Shown here piece by piece: positions 9,068 to 17,749 of a DNA stretch of 64,000 bases. The DNA is from a virus (Duplodnaviria; Caudoviricetes): positions 352,001 through 416,000 of IMG/VR virus record IMGVR_UViG_3300009031_000221; one strand, given 5' to 3'. The notes beneath the pieces are model-generated. The model saw only the letters and a list, made by a program, of their open reading frames with translations, did no database searches and was not told the origin of the DNA. The position numbers and the translations under genes are program-made. Numbering within the stretch: position 1 is the first letter of the stretch; every line of letters begins with the position of its first letter.

Positions 9068-9562
9068 TCAGCACCCCTTGAATGCCATCCATGCGGAGGC
9101 AATAGCGTTTTCCCGTGTTGATTCTTCGATAGTGGACATACACCCATTGTACATGGCGCACCATGATTTGATTCGGGGGTGGTCGTCGAACCATACAGAC
9201 CCATTGGGCAAGTCCAGGAACATTGCCCCTGTTGTTGCCTTGTCCAATAAATCTGGCCCGTTGTCTAATGCCCGAAGCAAACTCGAGTCCCCGTCCTCAA
9301 GCCGTTCAAACACAACGCCCCTGCCACAGTCCATTTCATCTTCAGTCGTGAAGTAATGCCACTCCGTATAGAACCGGTGGTGGAACCTCCAAACCGTATC
9401 AATGCCTTGAGGATCAATGAAGACCGTACCCGGCAGAATCGCCTCAGGATGGGCCTTGAGGTATACCGCCAACTGTTGCTGGATGCTAGGCGAATGATAC
9501 ATGCCCAAGGCTTGGCCTTCAGCCGCCATTTCATCCAACAGATCACGGGTATTGGCTGGCAT
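9068..9562 (-). CDS. hypothetical protein
   Basis: 164-aa ORF in the operon-like run. Confidence 0.55.
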   Translation of the reverse strand: MPANTRDLLDEMAAEGQALGMYHSPSIQQQLAVYLKAHPEAILPGTVFIDPQGIDTVWRFHHRFYTEWHYFTTEDEMDCGRGVVFERLEDGDSSLLRALDNGPDLLDKATTGAMFLDLPNGSVWFDDHPRIKSWCAMYNGCMSTIEESTRENAIASAWMAFKGC

Positions 9563-9566
9563 TGTA

Positions 9567-9896
9567 CTAATTCTCCGCTAGCTCAGGGAAGATCAGGGCG
9601 TTGGCCCGTTGCCATATACCCGGTTCAAGGCAAAGCCGCCTCCCCTCAGGAGTTATGAGCCAAGCTTTTGCTGCCTTGAGGGCGACTTCCGTAGGGACAC
9701 CGGCCGGCCGACGGAACGTTGCATCTAGAATGTCATCCCGTTGGATGACTCTACGGAAGGAACGGTCAATGTGCCCGAGCAACAGAATATGCCTATGAGC
9801 GATCTCCCACATGAAGGGGTAATCCTCCAGGTACTCGATGAGTTCCCCGTCGTGATCCAACAGCGTTCGGATAAACCAGTCAGGAAGTTCCGCCAT
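9567..9896 (-). CDS. hypothetical protein
   Basis: 109-aa ORF abutting its neighbours. Confidence 0.55.
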   Translation of the reverse strand: MAELPDWFIRTLLDHDGELIEYLEDYPFMWEIAHRHILLLGHIDRSFRRVIQRDDILDATFRRPAGVPTEVALKAAKAWLITPEGRRLCLEPGIWQRANALIFPELAEN

Positions 9897-9897
9897 G

Positions 9898-10515
9898 TTA
9901 CGCCAACATCTGGAATAGTTTCTCGTCGCCCTTGCAGTGATCCTTCAGACGTGCTAGCCACGCGAAGGACTTGACCTTGAACATTAGGGGCAGTCCCGTC
10001 TTCCGGTTAGCGGCACCCTTGCATACGACACCCTCGAAGGGCATACCCGGCAAGGTTCCATTACGGATGGCTGCCTCGATGTCCTTGGTGAAGTTCCCGT
10101 AGTACAGAATCTCCTGCACGGGAAGGTGCCCGAATAGCTTTTGGAACGCAGCAGGCTCGAGAAACCCCTGCTTGAACACGCTGACATCGAACAGGCGGAC
10201 TTCCTGCTTCTCGGATTCATCGTGTGTTCCTGCGAAGGACTTCGGCCCGTAGAACTCCGCGAACAAGGTGGCCTGCTGCCAACGTTCCTTCTTGAATATG
10301 ACGGGCAAGGTGTCCCCATAGCGCTCCATGAACAGGTCAGGGAATCGCTTCAGGATGGGGTTGGAATCGTCTAGTAGACCATTCCGGCGCCCCCACTTGG
10401 CGAATCCCTTCTTGGAATCATATTCAACCCGCATGCATGATCCGTCATACTTTCCGAATACATAGACGGGCACGCCGTAGTGGATCTCTGGGGAAATGGA
10501 AGGGTAGGATTTCAT
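9898..10515 (-). CDS. RNA ligase-like adenylation-domain protein
   Basis: Motif I KYDGS, motif III EFYG, IIIa FDV, IV EGVV, V FKVK. Confidence 0.75.
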   Translation of the reverse strand: MKSYPSISPEIHYGVPVYVFGKYDGSCMRVEYDSKKGFAKWGRRNGLLDDSNPILKRFPDLFMERYGDTLPVIFKKERWQQATLFAEFYGPKSFAGTHDESEKQEVRLFDVSVFKQGFLEPAAFQKLFGHLPVQEILYYGNFTKDIEAAIRNGTLPGMPFEGVVCKGAANRKTGLPLMFKVKSFAWLARLKDHCKGDEKLFQMLA

Positions 10516-10949
10516 ATGAGGTCATCAATGGGCAGGGTGTGCGTGCCCGTGGAGATTACTACCGGAGTTGCTGAGGTGAATGGAGGTGGAGCCGCCTTGA
10601 ATGGATGAAGGACGTTGACGTGATTCTTCCATGCCTTCCTTGCATATGAAGAATTGAGCGCGCTTCCCGGCAATGGGAGTTTCTCAAACCTGCCATCGGC
10701 GTCAACGATGGCTTCGATGTTTTTGTAGCAAGTGGGGCATAGATAGGCACGGCGAAGCTTGCTATAGGACAAAGCGGAACGAACAATCCCGATCGAGATC
10801 CCTTCTTTCTTGCGGCACCCGATACCGCACAACTTGCACGTTGCGAGGTTCTTGTTATTCCAAGGTGCCATGTACAGCCTGAAGGTCGTGGCAATGGCAT
10901 AGTTCGCCAGATTTTCACGCCCGATAGGTCCGACTTCCGATTGTGCCAT
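10512..10949 (-). CDS. hypothetical Zn-finger protein
   Basis: CKLCG...CPTC; start moved downstream of the promoter motif at 10973-10999. Confidence 0.55.
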   Translation of the reverse strand: MAQSEVGPIGRENLANYAIATTFRLYMAPWNNKNLATCKLCGIGCRKKEGISIGIVRSALSYSKLRRAYLCPTCYKNIEAIVDADGRFEKLPLPGSALNSSYARKAWKNHVNVLHPFKAAPPPFTSATPVVISTGTHTLPIDDLI

Positions 10950-10972
10950 TTTCCATGTCTCCGTGATAAACG

Positions 10973-10999
10973 GACTACGCAATGAGAATGGGAAGTAAG
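10973..10999 (-). promoter_or_regulatory. promoter-like motif, copy 2
   Basis: gactacgc-aatgagaatggg-aagtaag. Confidence 0.75.
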
Positions 11000-11000
11000 C

Positions 11001-13514
11001 CTAGCGCTTCAAGAAACCGAGGTCATAAACACCGGGACGAAGTTTGTCCGCCAGTGCCTTGAGGGCAACCTGAAGTTCCTTCCAACCCTCGGGATCATAC
11101 TCACGGAACAAGTGCTTGAGTTGGTAGATGCCTGCATCATGGGCTGTCAAGTGGAGTTCTGGTCGTGACGTAGCAAAAGATTCCCGATGCGGCAGGGTAC
11201 CAACCAACAACGTATCAAGGATGGTCAAGCACGCCTTGGCTTCGGGTGAAAGATCCAAGGTCGGAAGGATTGTGGCCAAGTAGGAGTCTTCCGTTTCGGA
11301 CTTGGTGTCCTTGAATAGATCCCCACAACCCGGGATGTCGTATAGGGATTTGGATTCCTTCAAGGTCTTCCACCAGAAGTGGTTCTTGATCCTGTATTGC
11401 TTGCCTTTGTAGGCGACGTTTCGCATCGCAGTGCAATTGTTAGAACCGTGCATCATAGCGTAAATCACGGCATCATCGTTCCATTGGAGGTAAGCATCAG
11501 TTGTGTCAATCGGTTGGATGTATTCATCCTTGGCATTTATCCAACCCGATGTGATCAAACGCCTAGCGGCAAACAATGCCACAGGTCGCATGAATCCAGA
11601 TCCTGGTATAACTGAAAGTCCAGATCCAACTGAACTTGTCCCTGAGACAAAGCACACAAACTGTCCATTGTGTTGGACATCGTTAGCATTGTTACCAAAA
11701 TATGCCAACGCTTTCGGCACTAATGTGCCACGGCAACCAGATCCATCTTTCACAACCAACCCGCTGCTGAACTGGGGGGCATCAACACCCTTCAACCCCT
11801 TGGTTGGTTCTCGTACCCACGTGGATGCACTCATGTCGTCGGAGTTGTAGAGTGATTTAGACCCGGTATCCTCGACATTGAACCCATTGACATCTTTCAA
11901 TGTCAATTCAAGTGTTCCGTTGGGTTGTGTCCCGTTAGACCATATCGTGAATATAATGCCCCATGTGTCACTGACATCGGCAAAATGGCTGGCTTGAAAC
12001 AACATGCCTGCCTTATAGGCAAATCTCTTGTACCAGAAATCCCTGAAAGTTCTATAAGAGCCCCCACAAATAAATGTCGGGCTGCTGAATGTAGCCACGG
12101 TAACCTTCGTGAACCCATAGATTTCGGCCAAAGACGCGCATTGAAAGAAGAATTGTGCATAGAGTTCTTGGGATCCGCTGATTCCGTGGTGTCGCATGGA
12201 CGCATTGACCCGGTTTCCTGCAATTCCCGCTTTGTGGCTACCTTTCATGCCCGCGTTGTTGGCAGTCCCATAGGGCGGGTTCATCACGAACACCAACCTT
12301 TTGCCTGATTTAGCCGCCGCCCGCAACTGGTCGTCTACGGCATCGGGAATTAAGTTCTTTTCCACAAAGAATGAGGTGTCACATCCAGGATTCAGGAAGT
12401 CATAGGCGAACACGGCGGCGCCAAGGTTGTACTCTTGCTCCTTAATCACATCCACGTCAGGTTTTTCCGCTGTGCTGATAATCAGGTCTTTGAAACGGTA
12501 GTCACGAGTCAAGTTACCCGTGCCTGCTGCTGGATCCCATACGATGCAATCATCACGCCAGTTGAGCCCGAGTTCCCTGTCCAGCATGGCATGAGCTTCA
12601 TCTACCCATATAGTGGGTGTAAAGAACGCCCCCTGGCGGCGACGAGCATCCTCCTCGACTAAGCGATCCTTGGTGGCATAGAAACTTTCGATTTCTGAAG
12701 GCCTGTAACCACAAACGAAGTTTCCAATGAAACTGTTGTAGGCGTGCCCGTTGACTGGAATTTTCAGCCCTTCTACCACTAGGATGTTTTTGTTGTTTCC
12801 ATGGATTGCCACATCATCAGGTTTGAACAGGCACTTCAAGAACACGTCCACTTGTTCCACGGGAGTTAATCCGCTCCCCTTGACGAAAATATCCTTCTGC
12901 CACCGGATGAACATAGCACCAATGTTCGTCATTGTCGCTTTGACTCGATGGACCCCCCCCTTTGACAAGGTTTCAATCTTGGCTATCACTTCTTTGAAGT
13001 CCGCCGCGTCAAACACCAAGGGGGACACGTCCAGATCTTCGATTAGCGCCTTGATCAAGGCTGGGGAACCCGTTGAGGGTGCTACTGTCCAATCGATAGG
13101 CAAAGTAAGAAACCGTTGTACCGCAGCCGTTTCCAACGCGAAACACTCACTCTTGTCCCCAACGAACATGACGTTGGGCATAGGATGACCGGCAATCTCA
13201 AACTTCTTGAGGTATAGGATCAGCTGCCCTACGACACGGCAAAGGTCCTTCCGCTGCTTCAGCACTACGTCATACTTGAATTCCATCAATGCACGAACAT
13301 CCGCCCACTGAGCGTAGCCGTCCGAACCAAATGGAGATGTGATCCCCGCATCAGGACGGTAATGCATGAACTCGCCCCGATAGGCGTTCTCTACGTCCTT
13401 CTCGTTCCGTGCAGTAGCTAATAGGGATTTAGTCAGGCGGCGCATGGTGTCCTGTGGGTCATCCGTTGTGTTATCTACGCAGGAATCGGGTGAAATAAGT
13501 CCAGTAGCACTCAT
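11001..13514 (-). CDS. fused restriction endonuclease/amino-methyltransferase (type IIG-like)
   Basis: N-terminal SDGY..LMEFK and QLILY (PD-(D/E)xK + QxxxY); GAFFTP; VWDPAAGTGNL (motif I); NPPY (motif IV); long C-terminal TRD-like region. Confidence 0.8.
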   Translation of the reverse strand: MSATGLISPDSCVDNTTDDPQDTMRRLTKSLLATARNEKDVENAYRGEFMHYRPDAGITSPFGSDGYAQWADVRALMEFKYDVVLKQRKDLCRVVGQLILYLKKFEIAGHPMPNVMFVGDKSECFALETAAVQRFLTLPIDWTVAPSTGSPALIKALIEDLDVSPLVFDAADFKEVIAKIETLSKGGVHRVKATMTNIGAMFIRWQKDIFVKGSGLTPVEQVDVFLKCLFKPDDVAIHGNNKNILVVEGLKIPVNGHAYNSFIGNFVCGYRPSEIESFYATKDRLVEEDARRRQGAFFTPTIWVDEAHAMLDRELGLNWRDDCIVWDPAAGTGNLTRDYRFKDLIISTAEKPDVDVIKEQEYNLGAAVFAYDFLNPGCDTSFFVEKNLIPDAVDDQLRAAAKSGKRLVFVMNPPYGTANNAGMKGSHKAGIAGNRVNASMRHHGISGSQELYAQFFFQCASLAEIYGFTKVTVATFSSPTFICGGSYRTFRDFWYKRFAYKAGMLFQASHFADVSDTWGIIFTIWSNGTQPNGTLELTLKDVNGFNVEDTGSKSLYNSDDMSASTWVREPTKGLKGVDAPQFSSGLVVKDGSGCRGTLVPKALAYFGNNANDVQHNGQFVCFVSGTSSVGSGLSVIPGSGFMRPVALFAARRLITSGWINAKDEYIQPIDTTDAYLQWNDDAVIYAMMHGSNNCTAMRNVAYKGKQYRIKNHFWWKTLKESKSLYDIPGCGDLFKDTKSETEDSYLATILPTLDLSPEAKACLTILDTLLVGTLPHRESFATSRPELHLTAHDAGIYQLKHLFREYDPEGWKELQVALKALADKLRPGVYDLGFLKR

Positions 13515-13568
13515 CGGATACCACCATGCATGACCGGGGAGGTCTATGCAATATAGTACCCGACTTAT

Positions 13569-14348
13569 CTAGACGCAGGCATTCGCAATCGGGCTGGTAT
13601 CCGGCATATTCCATTCGTTCACGAGGGTAGCCAACTTGGCCCAGGAACGGGTGATTTGAGCTTGCCCGCCGCCCTTGGTCATGTTGAGTGCCTTTGCGGC
13701 ATCGCTATTGCTCATGCACTCCCCGGTTCCCATCAGGTGCGAGATGATGTAGTGGAGGCACCGATCCCCATCGTTGTTCAGGAGTGCCAGCACTTCCTTG
13801 CTACCCGCCGGCGTGCGGAGGATTGCCAGGAACATGTCCGTCACAAGGGGTTGATCCAAGCCCTCATCCGAGTAGACATCCGGCACCTTGCGAACGGTAT
13901 CCGTGTGGCGTTCCACCTTGATGTCATCCTTGGCCTTGCGGGTCAGGTACTTGCCAACCCAGGACTCTTCGACGAACGTGGCGGGGGTCATGCCGCACCG
14001 GATCTGTTCCTTGCGGGCGCCGCCAACCTCGTAGAAGGGGCGGGTGACTTCCTTGTCCGCATGGACAGACACGCCCATCAGGGCACGCTGCATGAGGTCA
14101 TCCGCATCCGTATGCCCCAAGGCATGCTTGCGGTAGACCTTGGCCACCGTGCGACGGGAAGCCGTGTAGACACCCTCATCCTGCGAGGAAGTCCAACCCG
14201 CATCGTAACGGGGATGGTTGTCCTGCATGAAGGACTTGGCCTGCATCAACCCCTGGGTGGGGTTAAGGTTGCTCCAGGTGCCCACGGGAACCTTGAAGGC
14301 ACCCTCGAGCACTTGCAATCGGCACATGATGTCTAGTTGGCGTCGCAT
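13569..14348 (-). CDS. ECF-sigma-factor-like protein
   Basis: DADDLMQRALM and W..KYLTRKAKDDIK resemble region 2; MSNSDAAKALNMT...ITRSWAKL resembles the region 4 HTH. Confidence 0.5.
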   Translation of the reverse strand: MRRQLDIMCRLQVLEGAFKVPVGTWSNLNPTQGLMQAKSFMQDNHPRYDAGWTSSQDEGVYTASRRTVAKVYRKHALGHTDADDLMQRALMGVSVHADKEVTRPFYEVGGARKEQIRCGMTPATFVEESWVGKYLTRKAKDDIKVERHTDTVRKVPDVYSDEGLDQPLVTDMFLAILRTPAGSKEVLALLNNDGDRCLHYIISHLMGTGECMSNSDAAKALNMTKGGGQAQITRSWAKLATLVNEWNMPDTSPIANACV

Positions 14349-14357
14349 GTTGGTCCT

Positions 14358-14942
14358 TTAGCCGTTCTTGGCGGCTTTGCGCTGATTCCGAATGGCACGC
14401 CGAAAGTTCGTGTGCTTGGGAGGGGTGGGAAGGGTCACGGCCTTCTCGAAGCAATCGTCACAATGGCAAGGCGTGGAGTACACACCGGGAGTGAACATGC
14501 CGTGAATCGCCTGCTTCAAGCGTTGCACGTCCTTGCGGCTGAAGCCCCAGTAGGGCTTCACATCGGTGATGCACTTGGGGGTATAGGGCGTCCGCAACGC
14601 CTTATCCTTGAAGTACTTGCTGAAGGGGCTCAAGTCCGCCGGATCCTCGAAGATGGGATAACGGCGCATTTCCTCTCGGTAATGGCGGCGATTCATTTCA
14701 TCCAGCATGTCATCCATCATCTGCTGTTCGGGGGACTTGGGACGATTGCGACGAATCGGCCCCGTGACCTCGCCAACGAAGACCGCATCCGGCCACAGGT
14801 AGCCCGCAGTCGTGGGGTCGGGATCGTCAAGCGCTCCAGTGATCTCGATTTCCCCGCCATCCGGCTTCCGCCAAATGTGCGTGCCGTAGATGGCAGCCGC
14901 CTTCTCACTGAACATCCCAAACCTGCTGAATTCGATGGTCAT
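14358..14942 (-). CDS. hypothetical protein
   Basis: Start moved to MTIEFS (GGAG SD). Confidence 0.55.
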   Translation of the reverse strand: MTIEFSRFGMFSEKAAAIYGTHIWRKPDGGEIEITGALDDPDPTTAGYLWPDAVFVGEVTGPIRRNRPKSPEQQMMDDMLDEMNRRHYREEMRRYPIFEDPADLSPFSKYFKDKALRTPYTPKCITDVKPYWGFSRKDVQRLKQAIHGMFTPGVYSTPCHCDDCFEKAVTLPTPPKHTNFRRAIRNQRKAAKNG

Positions 14943-14967
14943 TGCCTTTGCTCCTTCAATGTGTGGG

Positions 14968-15105
14968 TTAGCGGGACTGCAACCAGTACGAGAAGTCCAA
15001 TGCACGCCAGAACACGCCGCACAACAGGACGACCACGGTAGCGCCCAACAGCACCCACACAGCCTTCCAAAATCGCTTCTCGATCTTACGCCACAAGTTC
15101 TTCAT
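14968..15105 (-). CDS. small membrane protein (45 aa)
   Basis: MKNLWRKIEKRFWKAVWVLLGATVVVLLCGVFW...; first ORF after promoter copy 3. Confidence 0.55.
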   Translation of the reverse strand: MKNLWRKIEKRFWKAVWVLLGATVVVLLCGVFWRALDFSYWLQSR

Positions 15106-15141
15106 CGTTCGTTCCTTCGTGGGCATCCTGCCCTACCTTCT

Positions 15142-15180
15142 ATCTACGCTGTCATTCCGAAAAGTAAGCCTTCAAGCTAC
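15142..15180 (-). repeat. 39-bp direct repeat, copy A (contains promoter motif copy 3)
   Basis: atctacgctgtcattccgaaaagtaagccttcaagctac; 35/39 identical to 15645-15683. Confidence 0.9.
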
Positions 15181-15617
15181 ACTTTCACGTTGCCGAATGT
15201 TTGCTTCATCAATGCAAGGACTTCCCTGGCATACCAGGTTGAACCCTTGGCGGAACCGCTATACAGGCGGAGCGCTTCTTTCATGTCCCCGTGTGCCGCC
15301 CTTCGCTTGTCATCCAGGATGCGAGCCGCAGCCCACACTCCGGCGGAACCCTTCAGCATTTTGCAGGTGTTGCCTTCCGCCCACTTCGGATTCACTTGCC
15401 ATGGGCCACAATGACCGGAGGCATTGACCTTTGGGCGGATGTTGGTTTCGCGACGGGCGATTGCCATGAGCAAGGGTGCGGGAAAGCCATAGGCATCCGC
15501 CGCAATGTCCGTGGGCGTGGCCACAGCACAACCACGAAGAACCTCACCGCCGGGGATGGTGGGGTCACTTGCAAGGGCGAGGCAAAGGAGGAATGCGGGT
15601 GTCATCGTAGGTTCCAA
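15177..15617 (-). CDS. lytic transglycosylase (SLT domain) with signal peptide
   Basis: LLMAIARRETN (catalytic E), GPWQVN, AL.LYSG...Y...VL. Confidence 0.8.
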   Translation of the reverse strand: MEPTMTPAFLLCLALASDPTIPGGEVLRGCAVATPTDIAADAYGFPAPLLMAIARRETNIRPKVNASGHCGPWQVNPKWAEGNTCKMLKGSAGVWAAARILDDKRRAAHGDMKEALRLYSGSAKGSTWYAREVLALMKQTFGNVKV

Positions 15618-15644
15618 CGGTGGCGTTCATGCCGTCCGTAATAC

Positions 15645-15683
15645 ATCTACGCTGTCATCATGGAAAGTAAGCCTTCAAGCTAC
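15645..15683 (-). repeat. 39-bp direct repeat, copy B (contains promoter motif copy 4)
   Basis: atctacgctgtcatcatggaaagtaagccttcaagctac. Confidence 0.9.
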
Positions 15684-16381
15684 GCCAACCTATCGTAATC
15701 AGGAGATTGGAAGTAGGATTCGAACAGTTCCTTCAGCTTACGGAACCGTACCTCATTTCCGCCACGATCCGGGTGGTTCGCATGGATCATAGCGTGGTAG
15801 ACCTTCTTGGCATCCTTCTTAGTAGCTACCTTGCTCAAGTCATAGCCCTGCTTGGCAAGGGTCGCAACATCAAGACGAACCTTTGGTTTGAATTCAGGGG
15901 ACTTAGGAGTGCTATCGTAGGATCGATGAGCATTGTTGGGATGATTCGCGTAGTAATCATGGAGTTTTTCAGCGGCAGCTCTTGTTCCCGCCGCCCCATA
16001 GTCAGCATACGCCTTTCTCCCTGAAGCGGCAGCAAATGCATCGGCGGCAGCTTTTCTCTCCGCCGCAGACCTTGCTACAGCATTTGACGCAGCCCGTTGT
16101 CTACGCAGCAATTCTTCAAAATACGCATGTTGCCGGCGCAGTTGTTCAATTCGGGCATCCCGTGCCTCGGATCGGGCATTCGATTGACGACGTGCATCAT
16201 GTTCAAGGAGCATGAACAGGAGCCAAATAGCAATGCCGATTCCCGCTCCAATGATCGGCCACTTGGCGATAGGCCAATCGATCTCGTAGCCTGTGAGGTC
16301 GAGGAAAACAGGGATGCAAACAATCGCAGCCGCAAGGGCGCATGCTAGGATGGTTATCAGGCTTTGACTGTCATTCTTCAT
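15680..16381 (-). CDS. membrane-anchored DnaJ-domain protein
   Basis: Two N-terminal TM segments, coiled coil, C-terminal AKKVYHAMIHANHPDRGG J-domain (HPD). Confidence 0.8.
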   Translation of the reverse strand: MKNDSQSLITILACALAAAIVCIPVFLDLTGYEIDWPIAKWPIIGAGIGIAIWLLFMLLEHDARRQSNARSEARDARIEQLRRQHAYFEELLRRQRAASNAVARSAAERKAAADAFAAASGRKAYADYGAAGTRAAAEKLHDYYANHPNNAHRSYDSTPKSPEFKPKVRLDVATLAKQGYDLSKVATKKDAKKVYHAMIHANHPDRGGNEVRFRKLKELFESYFQSPDYDRLA

Positions 16382-16417
16382 CGATCTTCCCTATGGGGGG
16401 CTCCTATCCCACAGGTC

Positions 16418-16444
16418 GTCTACGCTGCTGCATCGAAAAGTAAG
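16418..16444 (-). promoter_or_regulatory. promoter-like motif, copy 5
   Basis: gtctacgc-tgctgcatcgaa-aagtaag. Confidence 0.75.
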
Positions 16445-16451
16445 TTCAACC

Positions 16452-16796
16452 CTACTTCGTAGGCGTCGATTCCTTTGGAAGCTCTTCAGGGATGTCATAA
16501 TCCGTAGGGCAATTCCATTCGATGGGTTGAGCTTGCCTTGGCGTCAACAAGTACAATGCATCCCCAACACGGACAACTGCTCCATCAGCATTGCGGGATT
16601 CCAAGGTGCCTAACAGGAGGCCTTCTTCGCATGGATCCTTGAATGATGCCCGGGGTTCGGCAATGGGTGTGGGATGACGTACGGGAAAAGGCCCCGTCCA
16701 GCGTCCCACTACAAACACGAGGAGGAGAAGGCTTATGATGTACAAGTGGTCTCGCACATATAGGAATGCGCTTTTGACTTTGGATTGCTCTTCCAT
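16452..16796 (-). CDS. hypothetical membrane protein
   Basis: N-terminal TM helix. Confidence 0.55.
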   Translation of the reverse strand: MEEQSKVKSAFLYVRDHLYIISLLLLVFVVGRWTGPFPVRHPTPIAEPRASFKDPCEEGLLLGTLESRNADGAVVRVGDALYLLTPRQAQPIEWNCPTDYDIPEELPKESTPTK

Positions 16797-16805
16797 GGGT
16801 CATCC

Positions 16806-17006
16806 TCAAAATGGGTAGGCGTCATCGAACATGATGGTGCCATGAATATCCGGCGCCGCGGTGCCAATCAACTTGGCATAGGTGTAGACCTTTTCATCTT
16901 TATCCTGAAGGATACGTTTATTACCCACTGCATTCTTGGCATCATCCTCGGATGATGCGACCAGGACTGCTCGATAGCCATTGGTCGTAACGTAGTACAG
17001 GTTCAT
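16806..17006 (-). CDS. hypothetical protein
   Basis: 66-aa ORF with SD. Confidence 0.55.
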   Translation of the reverse strand: MNLYYVTTNGYRAVLVASSEDDAKNAVGNKRILQDKDEKVYTYAKLIGTAAPDIHGTIMFDDAYPF

Positions 17007-17014
17007 CGTCCCCC

Positions 17015-17245
17015 CTACAGAGAAATGGGCATGCCCGTAGAACTGAACACCATCGGGGAAGGCACAAGCATGTATGCGTCGGGATGGAAGTCCTTATCGA
17101 ATCCATCCAAACGGGATCCCCGTTTGGTGTCCAACCAAGCAGCCGCATCCTGAATCGTAGCGAAGTCGGGCTGGAGTTCCATCTCGTACCAGGCATAGCC
17201 ATGCCCTGTCGATTTTCCTGCGAACCAAGAGTACTTTCGTGCCAT
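17015..17245 (-). CDS. hypothetical protein
   Basis: First ORF after promoter copy 6; GAGGAG SD. Confidence 0.6.
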   Translation of the reverse strand: MARKYSWFAGKSTGHGYAWYEMELQPDFATIQDAAAWLDTKRGSRLDGFDKDFHPDAYMLVPSPMVFSSTGMPISL

Positions 17246-17270
17246 AGGGATTCTCCTCGTTATACGGGGA

Positions 17271-17297
17271 ATCTACGCGATAGGCAATAGAAGTAAG
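17271..17297 (-). promoter_or_regulatory. promoter-like motif, copy 6
   Basis: atctacgc-gataggcaatag-aagtaag. Confidence 0.75.
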
Positions 17298-17299
17298 TC

Positions 17300-17749
17300 C
17301 TACTTGAACGGGAAGCGTATCACAAGGGCACCCTGAAATTCAGGCCTGCATACAGAATCTGGGATATCCCTTGAGCATACCGTACCGAGTTCAAGCCCCA
17401 CGATTGAGTAACCGATTACCCCTGACACTGCGACGGGGGCAAGGGGTCCGTAACAAGCATTCATTTCTACCCATGTGCGATTAGCATTCATATGCCCTAT
17501 AGCGGCTCCGAATGCCCAATCGTATGGGGTGCCATAATCTACAAACCCTCGAGAAAGAGGATATCTATTGTTAGGTATGCCAAATCCTGCCTTCCCCTGA
17601 ATATACGTGCTTGAAGATATCCCTGTCCACAGGTCAAAACCTATAACAGCATCCACGCCCATGAACGTTGTTGGTTCATGGTCCAAGGCCCCCGCATAAC
17701 CTGAAACCAGGAACATACATGTCATGCCTAGTAGGATTATGCGTTTCAT
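17300..17749 (-). CDS. secreted, possible small outer-membrane beta-barrel protein
   Basis: Signal peptide, Gly/aromatic alternating strands, C-terminal ...VIRFPFK. Confidence 0.45.
   Translation of the reverse strand: MKRIILLGMTCMFLVSGYAGALDHEPTTFMGVDAVIGFDLWTGISSSTYIQGKAGFGIPNNRYPLSRGFVDYGTPYDWAFGAAIGHMNANRTWVEMNACYGPLAPVAVSGVIGYSIVGLELGTVCSRDIPDSVCRPEFQGALVIRFPFK

Noticed and set aside
13083-13109. AAGTAAG inside the R-M gene
   Set aside because: No CTACGC half at the 12-nt spacing; chance match.
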